Virus record (IMG/VR): IMGVR_UViG_3300029787_000057 | Coordinates: 1 to 56,332 of that record | DNA length: 56,332 nt | From: a virus | Taxonomy: Duplodnaviria > Caudoviricetes | Strand: one strand, 5' to 3' | Shown here: one piece after another, positions 1 to 7,615 of the stretch | Layout: the number at the start of each line of letters is the position of its first letter | Numbering within the stretch: the first letter of the stretch is position 1 | Program-made: the position numbers and the translations under genes | Notes under the pieces: generated by a model | Told to the model about the DNA's origin: nothing | What the model saw: the letters and a program-made list of their open reading frames with translations, nothing else | The model's database searches: none

Positions 1-59
1 CCATAAGTCTTGATCCCTCCTGTTGTGCGGTCTCCGCTTTACCCTCACTGTTGTATGCC
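1..59. repeat. Terminal overlap, copy 1 (imperfect direct repeat of 56274-56332)
   Basis: 52/59 identical to the last 59 nt; positions 30-59 fully identical. Confidence 0.95.
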
Positions 60-166
60 AGCCTATAACTCTCGGCATAAGAATTCCCAGCTGCCACGTG
101 CCTAGCAAATGCCATCATCTTTGGCGTAAGTTCTCTTTTCTTTTTCGGCATCTCTTTTTGATCCAT
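1..166 (-). CDS. terS: Terminase small subunit, N-terminal part (gene continues across the window junction into 55960-56332)
   Basis: Manual translation MDQKEMPKKKRELTPKMMAFARHVAAGNSYAESYRLAYNSEGKAETAQQEGSRLM is a typical TerS HTH start (LTPK..F...Y..AY). Its last 19 residues are also encoded at the other end of the window. Confidence 0.8.
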   Translation of the reverse strand, partial: MDQKEMPKKKRELTPKMMAFARHVAAGNSYAESYRLAYNSEGKAETAQQEGSRLM

Positions 167-308
167 GAAAGACGCTATCTATTCTGCCGGTCTTAAATCT
201 TTTTTCACTCCCACAAATAACAGCACACAATTTTTTTTGATTAATTTGTAATAACTTTTGAGTCCCGTCGTTTAAGTAGGTGAACGCAACACAAACAGGA
301 TCTAAAAA

Positions 309-533
309 ATGAACAACACAAAAAGAACGATCACAAAAAACGGGCAATCGGTTAGCTGTTTCGGCAAATGGAGATCAGACAGCAACGCCGCTTGTGTCTG
401 GAGCTTTGAGGATGGATATGTAGACACCGGATATTTCGCGGATGGTGCCGACACATGGGAACAGGCAGTTGAAAAAATGACGGCCTACACTCAAAGAATC
501 GGCGCGACATTGGACGAAATGCAGGCCTGTTAA
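309..533 (+). CDS. Hypothetical early protein
   Basis: 74 aa ORF with AGGA upstream. Confidence 0.7.
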   Translation: MNNTKRTITKNGQSVSCFGKWRSDSNAACVWSFEDGYVDTGYFADGADTWEQAVEKMTAYTQRIGATLDEMQAC

Positions 534-645
534 TAAAAAAATTTAAAAAAATAAAACCATATGAAACAACGACTTAACCATAAATCTCATTTGTCAAGTG
601 ATTTAATTGATGTGATACGCTTGTTATTCGTTGTTCATTGTGGCT

Positions 646-651
646 TATAAT
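646..651 (+). promoter_or_regulatory. Candidate sigma70 -10 box for the early leader/ardC transcript
   Basis: Perfect TATAAT downstream of an AT-rich tract, just before a GC-rich structured leader; -35 weak (TTGTTA 621-626). Confidence 0.5.
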
Positions 652-658
652 AGGGCCA

Positions 659-967
659 CGGCGACGGGGAGCCGACTGAATCCCGCCACTCTAACAAGGT
701 GAAGTGAGACTCCAAGCGAGCAGCACTGCCAGAGTGACCTACCAGCCGGGACAATGTGCTGGAGCGTGAGAGCCAAGATCTGAAGTGAGTCTCTTAGATA
801 GCAGCACTGGATCTAGCAAGCCACGCAAAGCCTAATCAGCTACCGAACTAAAGATGCGGTGAGGACTAGGGTTGAATGATTTTGTGAAGTACGACTTGGA
901 ACGAGCAACACTGCAAAGTCAGCCCGACATCTGGACGCATCCCAACTACCGGAAAACGATTTTTGTC
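659..967 (+). ncRNA. Putative structured leader/small RNA with three conserved-core hairpins
   Basis: No ORF. Three 27-nt cores GAAGT..CT-N6-.AGCA(G/A)CACT at 701, 782 and 886, each closed by a different stem. The 3' end is set by the hammerhead cut at 967. Confidence 0.6.
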
Positions 968-1015
968 TACGTCTAGAGCTGGCGTACTGATGAGGCCATA
1001 GCAAGCCGAAACAAA
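962..1015 (+). ncRNA. Hammerhead ribozyme, type III
   Basis: GUC 965-967; stem I TACGTC/GGCGTA; CTGATGA 987-993; stem II GGC/GCC; GAAA 1008-1011; stem III TTTGT/ACAAA. Confidence 0.92.
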
Positions 1016-1029
1016 TAACGGAGAACTAA

Positions 1030-1896
1030 GTGATGAGCGACAAGCAAAACATAAGAGAAGAAATCACGAACAACATCATAGCAATGATGGAGAAGAACAC
1101 CGGCGAATGGATTAAGCCATTTGCTGGACTAGCAGCTAGACCGATGAATCCTAAGACAGAGAAAAACTATAGCGGATTGAATGCGTTCTATCTGTCCCTA
1201 TTGGGTAATTCCTATTGGGCCACGTTCAACCAATGGAAAGAGATCGGCGCGAAGATCAAAAAAGGATCTAAGGGAACTCGGATCATGCGGCCTCAGGCAG
1301 TGATCATAAGAGATGAGAACGGTAAGCCTGAGATGGATAGCGAAGGCAATCCCAAAACTTTCACTCAATACAAGCCCTACCCGGTATTTAGTGCCGATCA
1401 GGTTGAGGGATGGGAAGCACCAGAGTTACCTACGATCAGCAATGTCCAGCGAATAGAAAACGTTGATAAGTATCTAAGGAATCTCGGCTCGGTGATCAAC
1501 TTCACGGACGCCGGACAAGCTTTCTATGATCGGTCAAGCGATCAGATCACATTGCCGAAAGAATGCCTGTTTAACGATACCGAAGGCTTCTATTCAACAT
1601 GGTGCCACGAAGAGATCCACAAGACCGGCGCACCTAACCGACTGAACCGAATCAAGGGTAAGAAGTTCGGTGATCGTGACTATGCTTTTGAGGAACTTGT
1701 CGCAGAGATCGGCGCAGCAATGCTATGTGTACAGCTACGAGTCACCCCAACAGTTCGCCAAGATCACGCCGAATATATCGGTAGCTGGTTGAAGGCTCTA
1801 CGCAATGATAAGAAATATCTAGCGGATGCGGCGACACTAGCCGGGGAAGCGATTGATTTCATGGACGCACAACAAACTAACCGGGCCGCTGCATAG
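1030..1896 (+). CDS. ardC: ArdC-family antirestriction protein (ssDNA-binding N-domain + zincin-like MPTase domain)
   Basis: W.KPF, N..T...YSG.N, W.TF.QW...G..IKKGSKG, VF.A.QVEG, AFY....D.I.LP, HEEIH.TG...RLNR, YA.EELVAEIGAA, HA.YI.SW motifs. Confidence 0.93.
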   Translation: MMSDKQNIREEITNNIIAMMEKNTGEWIKPFAGLAARPMNPKTEKNYSGLNAFYLSLLGNSYWATFNQWKEIGAKIKKGSKGTRIMRPQAVIIRDENGKPEMDSEGNPKTFTQYKPYPVFSADQVEGWEAPELPTISNVQRIENVDKYLRNLGSVINFTDAGQAFYDRSSDQITLPKECLFNDTEGFYSTWCHEEIHKTGAPNRLNRIKGKKFGDRDYAFEELVAEIGAAMLCVQLRVTPTVRQDHAEYIGSWLKALRNDKKYLADAATLAGEAIDFMDAQQTNRAAA

Positions 1897-1916
1897 CGGC
1901 TCAAGGAGAACGAGAG

Positions 1917-2144
1917 ATGATCGGAAAAAAAGTGATTGCGAATTACGGAGCCGGGTATCCATTGGAGTCTGGCGTGGTGTTCCAAGTTCAGGAGTCTGAA
2001 AAGAGCGTGGCGATTGAATGGGATTCTGGTGAAACCAGTTTCGTTCCAGTTGCCAAAATCAAAACAATATTTACCTCACTTGAGCTAGTCAAAAGATTTG
2101 AAGTGACTGGCCCGGTTGGAATTTTTTGGGAGAACAAGAGATGA
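1917..2144 (+). CDS. Hypothetical early protein (small beta-rich)
   Basis: ORF with GGAGAAC-N5-ATG RBS. Confidence 0.8.
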   Translation: MIGKKVIANYGAGYPLESGVVFQVQESEKSVAIEWDSGETSFVPVAKIKTIFTSLELVKRFEVTGPVGIFWENKR

Positions 2145-2377
2145 GTTACTTAACTGACGATCAGATAGATCAAATGGCTGACGCTGTAATGACTTCCCAC
2201 TTTTGGAATTGCGATTGGAACAACGCTCGGAGAACGGCGTTTGAATACAGCATAGACGAGTTTGGTATCAAGCCTAGGAAATCGGCGGTGTTGCTGGCTG
2301 TAAAAATCGCGCAAGCAAATTGTCACGCCCTTAACATTTCCGTGGCACAAAAAATAGCAGAGGAGAACGAGAGATGA
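2141..2377 (+). CDS. Hypothetical early protein
   Basis: ATG at 2141 preceded by GGAGAACAAGAG; ATGA coupling at both ends. Confidence 0.8.
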   Translation: MSYLTDDQIDQMADAVMTSHFWNCDWNNARRTAFEYSIDEFGIKPRKSAVLLAVKIAQANCHALNISVAQKIAEENER

Positions 2378-3159
2378 GAATTTTATCTTTTGGCGGCGGC
2401 GTAGACAGTAGCGCAGTGATACTGCACCACATACACAAAGAGGATCTAGGAATAGATCACATAGTATTTGCTGACACTGGCGCGGAGTCACAAGGCACCT
2501 ACAAGAACGTCGAGAACTTCAAGGCGATCTGTGAGGCTCGTGGCATACCATTCACCATTGTCAGACGCGAGGGCGAGAACATAACCGAGTGGGTCACAAG
2601 GTTGGGTATCGTGCCAGTTATGCCCGGAGGTGCTCACGTTTGCAGCAAGAAGTTTAAAGGTGACGTTATCCAGAAATGGGCAAGCGAGAACTTCCCCAGT
2701 CAGGCGATCACTTACCTAATCGGCATCGAGGCAGATGAGGGCCATCGCACTGCTAGATTTACCAAGCCGAAGGGCGATCAGAACGAGTACGAATACCCGC
2801 TAGTCGAGCGTGGCATGACTCGCCAAGATTGCTTGGATCTAATCGCAGAGCATGGGATGACGATTCCAAAATCGTCTTGCGTGTTCTGTCCCTTTATGTC
2901 TGAGCCGGAGATCAGAGAGGTTCGCAAGAATCCCGAAGACTGGGCAACCATCAAGCTTGTCGAGCAAAGATTCAGTGAGGAATCTGGACGCAAGCACCAA
3001 GCATGGCTGGACGCTGGCAAGCCACTTAACAAGGGCGGCAGATGCAACGCCGGACACTGGCGAAAGGATAGCTGGGCCGAAGGCACACGGCTATTTATTC
3101 GCAAGGTAGACGGCAAGCAGCTAACCGTGGACGAATGGTCAGAGCGAGTCAGCGGATAA
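2374..3159 (+). CDS. PAPS-reductase/PP-loop (adenine nucleotide alpha hydrolase) family protein
   Basis: N-terminal SFGGGVDS loop, FADTGAE, CS.KFK, IGI.ADE..R, YPL, and KSSCVFCP cysteine cluster. Confidence 0.85.
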   Translation: MRILSFGGGVDSSAVILHHIHKEDLGIDHIVFADTGAESQGTYKNVENFKAICEARGIPFTIVRREGENITEWVTRLGIVPVMPGGAHVCSKKFKGDVIQKWASENFPSQAITYLIGIEADEGHRTARFTKPKGDQNEYEYPLVERGMTRQDCLDLIAEHGMTIPKSSCVFCPFMSEPEIREVRKNPEDWATIKLVEQRFSEESGRKHQAWLDAGKPLNKGGRCNAGHWRKDSWAEGTRLFIRKVDGKQLTVDEWSERVSG

Positions 3160-3215
3160 TTCCAACTGATGAGTCTGGATAGTTACCAGACGAAACCCCT
3201 TCGGGGGTCTTGGAA
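3160..3215 (+). ncRNA. Hammerhead ribozyme, type I
   Basis: Stem I TTCCAA/TTGGAA; CTGATGA 3166-3172; stem II GTCTGG/CCAGAC; GAAA 3192-3195; stem III CCCC-TTCG-GGGG; GUC 3207-3209. Confidence 0.96.
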
Positions 3216-3236
3216 AACTAACAAGGAGAACAGTAG

Positions 3237-3407
3237 ATGAAAACGAGGCTAGTTATGGTTTCGGTAAAGAGCGACGAGGGCAAAAGCTTGTATCGTTTGG
3301 CACATGGCAAAGTTCTGGACAATGGCAAAGTGATCGTAAAGAAAAGCACTAAGGATGCAATGATCAAAGAGCTAGGGATCCAGCGCGGTGAGAATGTCCA
3401 CGGCTAG
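3237..3407 (+). CDS. Hypothetical small basic protein (56 aa, not in ORF track)
   Basis: GGAGAACAGTAG-ATG; MKTRLVMVSVKSDEGK...ENVHG*. Confidence 0.75.
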   Translation: MKTRLVMVSVKSDEGKSLYRLAHGKVLDNGKVIVKKSTKDAMIKELGIQRGENVHG

Positions 3408-3410
3408 AGC

Positions 3411-3438
3411 TTGCAATCAAAACAATAATCACTAAACT
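3411..3438 (+). promoter_or_regulatory. Candidate internal sigma70 promoter
   Basis: TTGCAA-16-TAAACT in an A/C-rich intergenic gap. Confidence 0.4.
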
Positions 3439-3472
3439 AAAAACACAACTAACAACTAACGGAGAACAAGAG

Positions 3473-3673
3473 ATGAGAAACTTTATTAAAGACAGCGTTA
3501 AATACTATTTAGCAGTAGTTCAAGGAATGTGGATGCCGGTGTTCATTATTGCCGGTATGCAATATCTAGGTTACGAGTTCTACCTTTCGTTTAACTCGCT
3601 GATCTGTGGAGTGCTGATCGGGTTAAGCATGATGTCCATATACCTATTGGCACCTACCAGCGAGGAGGAGTGA
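3473..3673 (+). CDS. Small two-TM membrane protein
   Basis: Two hydrophobic stretches; conserved RBS motif. Confidence 0.75.
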   Translation: MRNFIKDSVKYYLAVVQGMWMPVFIIAGMQYLGYEFYLSFNSLICGVLIGLSMMSIYLLAPTSEEE

Positions 3674-3882
3674 TGGGCCTAATGAAACACAACGAGAGAC
3701 ACGGCGGCGCATATGACCGAGGGAGTGCTGATGCTTGGTATGGGCGACCATGCCAGCCACACTACTATGTAGGCGACTCATACTTTAGCGATAGGGTAGA
3801 GGAAGCAGACATGAGCGAGGAAGAGATCGCCGCTTACATGAAGGGCTACGGAGACGGCCCCCACGATCAGAAAGAATACTAA
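3670..3882 (+). CDS. Hypothetical phage protein (RHGG.YDRGSAD.WYGR type)
   Basis: ORF with strong GGAGGAG RBS; motif recalled from phage hypotheticals. Confidence 0.8.
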   Translation: MMGLMKHNERHGGAYDRGSADAWYGRPCQPHYYVGDSYFSDRVEEADMSEEEIAAYMKGYGDGPHDQKEY

Positions 3883-3897
3883 ACAGGAGAACTAGAG

Positions 3898-4350
3898 ATG
3901 AAAAGGAAAGGATGGATTGTAAGAGAAGCAACACAACAATATTTAATCAACAGTATAACCCTAGACGGGTACACCGACGAGAACGGCAACGAATACAATC
4001 GTCGAGTTTGGAACTTCAATCGTCTTGAAGATTCGTCTAGGAACAACGAGGCAACTATGACAGACGGAGAGAAGATTGCTGCTGCAAAGCGGATCTTTGA
4101 GTCTGAGATGGGCTGGTTGATTGAGAGATCAGGAAAGCGAAGAGCCTGTGCCGATTGGCTGGCTGGACTGTGCAGCACTGTATCAATCTCATTTACCTAC
4201 TGCGACATAATCAAACTAGCCCACGAGACTGGTGCGCTAAACGAAAACTCAACGGAGAAAGAAGAAGACCGCATTTGCGAAAACTACTTTTCGTACATGG
4301 CAAGTAATCTTGTGGAGCTATTCAACAAACAAGAAAGGAGAACAGCATGA
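3898..4350 (+). CDS. Hypothetical early protein
   Basis: 150 aa ORF, conserved RBS motif. Confidence 0.8.
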   Translation: MKRKGWIVREATQQYLINSITLDGYTDENGNEYNRRVWNFNRLEDSSRNNEATMTDGEKIAAAKRIFESEMGWLIERSGKRRACADWLAGLCSTVSISFTYCDIIKLAHETGALNENSTEKEEDRICENYFSYMASNLVELFNKQERRTA

Positions 4351-4565
4351 GTTGTAACACTCAAATTGGTAAATACTTTAGATGCGGCGGTCATAACATC
4401 GCCGGACAGAGAATACTTTGTGACGTTTGTGAAGACAAACAGTCGAGGTACCCGAAACAAAGACCCCTCGAATCATGGAGTGCTGACACTTGGGAAGATT
4501 GGGACTGGGTTGATACAGAAAAGCCAAAGAAAAACCCACGGACTTATGATTTGAGCAAATGGTAA
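4347..4565 (+). CDS. Small Cys-containing (Zn-finger-like) protein
   Basis: C..C and CDVC; GGAGAAC RBS. Confidence 0.65.
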   Translation: MSCNTQIGKYFRCGGHNIAGQRILCDVCEDKQSRYPKQRPLESWSADTWEDWDWVDTEKPKKNPRTYDLSKW

Positions 4566-4575
4566 AAAGGAGAAA

Positions 4576-4962
4576 ATGATGAAGTATCACGAATGGTATA
4601 CGAGCGAGAGAATATGTCGGACTTGGAAAGATGATTGCACTGTGAGATCTCTGAGCATTGTGCTCAACAAGCCATACAAAAAAGTGTTTAGCGAGTTGAT
4701 GCACCTTGGCCTAGAGATGGGTGCCTATCCAGACCACGATAAAGTATGGATTGCATACGCTGAGGATCAAGGGCTAGTCAAACGCAAATGCCCACGAGAT
4801 GACAACGGGAAGCTTATCAAGCTTAGAGACTGGGACTTCAAGGGAGTGGCAGTCGTAAAGAACAGCGGTCATCTAACGGCAGTTGAAGACGGCTATGTGT
4901 GTGACATATGGGATTGTAGATATAGGCCAGTGAATACTTACTGGGAAAAAATAAACTTTTAG
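4576..4962 (+). CDS. Putative papain-like/C39-like cysteine peptidase-fold phage protein
   Basis: DCTVRSL (Cys), GHLTAVEDG (His), DIWD (Asp) in papain-fold order. Confidence 0.6.
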   Translation: MMKYHEWYTSERICRTWKDDCTVRSLSIVLNKPYKKVFSELMHLGLEMGAYPDHDKVWIAYAEDQGLVKRKCPRDDNGKLIKLRDWDFKGVAVVKNSGHLTAVEDGYVCDIWDCRYRPVNTYWEKINF

Positions 4963-4973
4963 GAGAACGAGTG

Positions 4974-5192
4974 ATGGAAAGATTAAAACAAGGGATCGTC
5001 ATAGAGATACGCAACGTTTACGGAACAGAAAAAGTCTATCCAGTTTGCGAACACGCTCACGCATTTGCAGAGATCGCAGGGACTAAGACTCTGACTCACG
5101 AGGCTTTGGTTCTCATTAGGGATAAACTGAAATACGAGTTGATATTGGAACAGAAGTCGGTACTAGCTGAATCATTGGGGGTGCAACAATGA
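4974..5192 (+). CDS. Hypothetical phage protein (NVYG...YP.C..A..FA.IAG.KTLT)
   Basis: ORF with conserved RBS motif. Confidence 0.8.
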   Translation: MERLKQGIVIEIRNVYGTEKVYPVCEHAHAFAEIAGTKTLTHEALVLIRDKLKYELILEQKSVLAESLGVQQ

Positions 5193-5428
5193 ACGTAGAG
5201 AAAAGAATTGACGAGATCAGAGCGAAGCTAGAATCAGATCTACCACGCAAGCAGAGAATCCTTTGGATTTTTGAGATCGGGAGACTTGCTGAGGAGCTAC
5301 TTAGATTCGCCAAGCAAGGAGAGATCGGTAATCGTAACTGGACTGAGAATAAAGAAATGATTGTCTTTCTGGATTCATGGGAACACGCAGAGATGCAAGA
5401 GATGATGGCCGCTAACGAGGAGAACTAA
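5189..5428 (+). CDS. Hypothetical early protein
   Basis: Coupled ORF. Confidence 0.7.
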   Translation: MNVEKRIDEIRAKLESDLPRKQRILWIFEIGRLAEELLRFAKQGEIGNRNWTENKEMIVFLDSWEHAEMQEMMAANEEN

Positions 5429-5430
5429 AG

Positions 5431-5601
5431 ATGAAAGCAACACTACATTTCAAAACGACTGACGAGCCTATTGATATTGAGGCAAACACATTTGCCGGAT
5501 TGTTCAGATCATTCACTAAGACTCTGAGAGATCAGGGTCTTTACGAAGACGATCTGACATTGGTAGTGATGGATTACAAAACTCAAAGGGAGGCGAGTTG
5601 A
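5431..5601 (+). CDS. Hypothetical small protein (56 aa, not in ORF track)
   Basis: GGAGAACTAAAG-ATG; MKATLHFKTTDEPIDIEANTF... Confidence 0.75.
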   Translation: MKATLHFKTTDEPIDIEANTFAGLFRSFTKTLRDQGLYEDDLTLVVMDYKTQREAS

Positions 5602-5843
5602 TGAAGAGAAGGAAGAGAACAAACATCTTAAAGTTTAATAGACCAAGAACCATCAAAGAGGTAGAGGCTTTATGGTTTGTTGATTACATAGAAAGGGATT
5701 GGGATCCTTTTGAGAGTTCTTACTGGATCTATCTCAAAGAGGGATTCAGATTAAAAACACTTGAAACTATTTGTATTCACGAGGAAACCCTACGAGAAGC
5801 CATTGAGATGCTAGACGATGTATATGAGGGGGAGTGGGCATGA
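5598..5843 (+). CDS. Hypothetical early protein
   Basis: Coupled ORF, GGAGG RBS. Confidence 0.7.
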   Translation: MMKRRKRTNILKFNRPRTIKEVEALWFVDYIERDWDPFESSYWIYLKEGFRLKTLETICIHEETLREAIEMLDDVYEGEWA

Positions 5844-6172
5844 AAAAAGGAATATATCTTGTTTACGAGTGGGCGATCCACACTAACTGCACAGAGATTC
5901 AGGAGGATGATGGGTCAACCTCGATTGACTATGACGGCGATTGCCAGTTTCACGATACCTATGCTGGTGTTGCTGACATTGGCAACCCCGATGAGATCAA
6001 TGTAATCGAGCTTCAAAGATCTCACAGATATGTAGAAGACGGAGATCTTATTGAGAGGTATTACGCAGTGATGGAGGAAGGCAAGCTACCAGAGTTTTTT
6101 GACGGAACGCAGATAAAAATTCCAAAAAGATTCCATGATGAGCTTAACAACTACAGGGAGAAAGCAAGTTGA
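5840..6172 (+). CDS. Hypothetical acidic protein
   Basis: Coupled ORF, D/E-rich. Confidence 0.75.
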   Translation: MKKGIYLVYEWAIHTNCTEIQEDDGSTSIDYDGDCQFHDTYAGVADIGNPDEINVIELQRSHRYVEDGDLIERYYAVMEEGKLPEFFDGTQIKIPKRFHDELNNYREKAS

Positions 6173-6420
6173 TAATTAATTTTAAGAGTTTAGATGATGG
6201 CCTTAGTTTACTTATGAAAAGGCCAAAGAAGAAACCCGATGCTTTCTACGGCAAAGCTAATAGGCTTGCAAAAAAACTTGGCGTTGAAATCACTATCGAG
6301 AAAAACCAAGACTATGGTAATGGCTATTGGATCGAGACTGATGCCATGCAAGACGAAAGGTTTTCAAGTAGCTGGGAAGATGTCTACTACAAGTTAAGGG
6401 CAATAGAGGAGAACGAGTAA
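6169..6420 (+). CDS. Hypothetical early protein
   Basis: Coupled ORF. Confidence 0.65.
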   Translation: MIINFKSLDDGLSLLMKRPKKKPDAFYGKANRLAKKLGVEITIEKNQDYGNGYWIETDAMQDERFSSSWEDVYYKLRAIEENE

Positions 6421-6433
6421 AGGAGATGAGTTT

Positions 6434-7075
6434 ATGGAATGCAGGAGCTTAGACTTTGATTTGCTAGCAAAAGCAGAGGCAGAAACAAAAGCCAACGACA
6501 AAGGCTATTTTGTTAGGCAAGTTAATTACAGGGACACGATTGATTTCATACTAAATATACACTACGCAAAAAGGGTGCCATCAATCTCTTATGCCTACGG
6601 ACTATTCTATGAATCAGAATTGACCGGGGTTGTGACTTATGGAAAACCGGCTAGTAGAAATTTGTGTGAGGGAATTTGTGGTGTGGAATATTCCCCGATT
6701 GTATTTGAACTGAATCGTCTGGTTCTTAAAAACAACAAGAAAAACGAAAGCAGTTTCTTAATATCCCAAAGTTTAAAGATGTTACCAAAGCCAATGGTAA
6801 TCGTCAGCTATGCCGATACAGAACAGGATCATGTTGGTTACGTTTATCAGGCAACGAATTTTCTATTCACTGGCACTACGAAAGAACGAACAGATATGGC
6901 AAGCGAGGATGGAAAACATAGTAGACACGATCTCGGCGATCCCGATCAAAGAAAAAAAAGATGGGCAAAACACCGCTATATTTTTTTTGTGGGTAGCAAA
7001 AAGGATAAGAAAAATCTTTTAGGTAAATTGAAGTATCCAATAAAACCCTACCCAAAAAATATCGAGGGAAACTAG
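6434..7075 (+). CDS. mom: Mom-like GNAT-fold DNA (adenine) modification protein
   Basis: HY, GLF....L.GV..YG.P, ELNRL, ES..IS.SLK, VSYAD..Q.H.G.VYQATNF..TG, K.RY motifs of the phage Mu Mom family. Confidence 0.82.
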   Translation: MECRSLDFDLLAKAEAETKANDKGYFVRQVNYRDTIDFILNIHYAKRVPSISYAYGLFYESELTGVVTYGKPASRNLCEGICGVEYSPIVFELNRLVLKNNKKNESSFLISQSLKMLPKPMVIVSYADTEQDHVGYVYQATNFLFTGTTKERTDMASEDGKHSRHDLGDPDQRKKRWAKHRYIFFVGSKKDKKNLLGKLKYPIKPYPKNIEGN

Positions 7076-7306
7076 ATGAAAAATAAACACGGACAGACCC
7101 CGCAAGAGGTTACACGGGCAAACGTTCTGCAACAGCTACGCTTCATGGCAACAAACGAAAGTGGATATGCAGAACTAAGTCTCTACAACGAGAACACCTC
7201 GTCTTTCTTGAAAGAGGTGCGAAAGCATTACGCCAAGATCAATAACACCCTAGCTTATAAGTGGGGCATGGACGAGAACACTATTGATATGAAGGAGGTC
7301 AAATGA
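7076..7306 (+). CDS. Hypothetical early protein
   Basis: Adjacent ORF with RBS. Confidence 0.7.
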   Translation: MKNKHGQTPQEVTRANVLQQLRFMATNESGYAELSLYNENTSSFLKEVRKHYAKINNTLAYKWGMDENTIDMKEVK

Positions 7307-7310
7307 CGGC

Positions 7311-7565
7311 ATGGCTGAAGTAAAAAAACTCAAACGAGTTAACGAGATCGGGTTGCGATACGTTTATCAGATCCTAAAGAATGAGAGTCAATACGGCTCT
7401 GTCTATCAGGACTTTAATCAAAACGATATGGCGATCCACAACCTAGCTAAAGAAGCTGATGACAATGTGATGAGGGGCGGTAAGCCCCTCTTTACTTTGA
7501 GGGATCACGAGACTTTATCTAGGGAGGAAAAGGTTTACGAAATACCCGAACAAGGTGTTGACTAA
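7311..7565 (+). CDS. Hypothetical early protein
   Basis: ORF, GGAGG upstream. Confidence 0.7.
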   Translation: MAEVKKLKRVNEIGLRYVYQILKNESQYGSVYQDFNQNDMAIHNLAKEADDNVMRGGKPLFTLRDHETLSREEKVYEIPEQGVD

Positions 7566-7615
7566 CAAACAACAATCAACGAGGATACGACACATAAATA
7601 ACAGGAGAACTAAAG

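Noticed and set aside
102-347. 81-aa minus-strand ORF (and 55716-55907)
   Set aside because: Conflicts with the terS frame and the + strand 309 gene; low-complexity non-coding sequence in the second case
639-660. GTGGC-TTATAATAGG-GCCAC hairpin resembling the start of a pistol ribozyme
   Set aside because: The downstream pistol elements are missing; better explained as the -10 promoter region
701-912. Three 27-nt repeats as a mini-CRISPR array
   Set aside because: Repeats are degenerate in the middle, spacing is unequal (81 and 104 nt), the intervening sequences base-pair around the repeats, and there is no cas operon (the Cas4-like gene is a recombination exonuclease next to erf/ssb)
1883-1902. 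GC-rich hairpin over the ardC stop as a terminator
   Set aside because: No U-tract, and the next RBS follows immediately; more likely a stability or pausing hairpin
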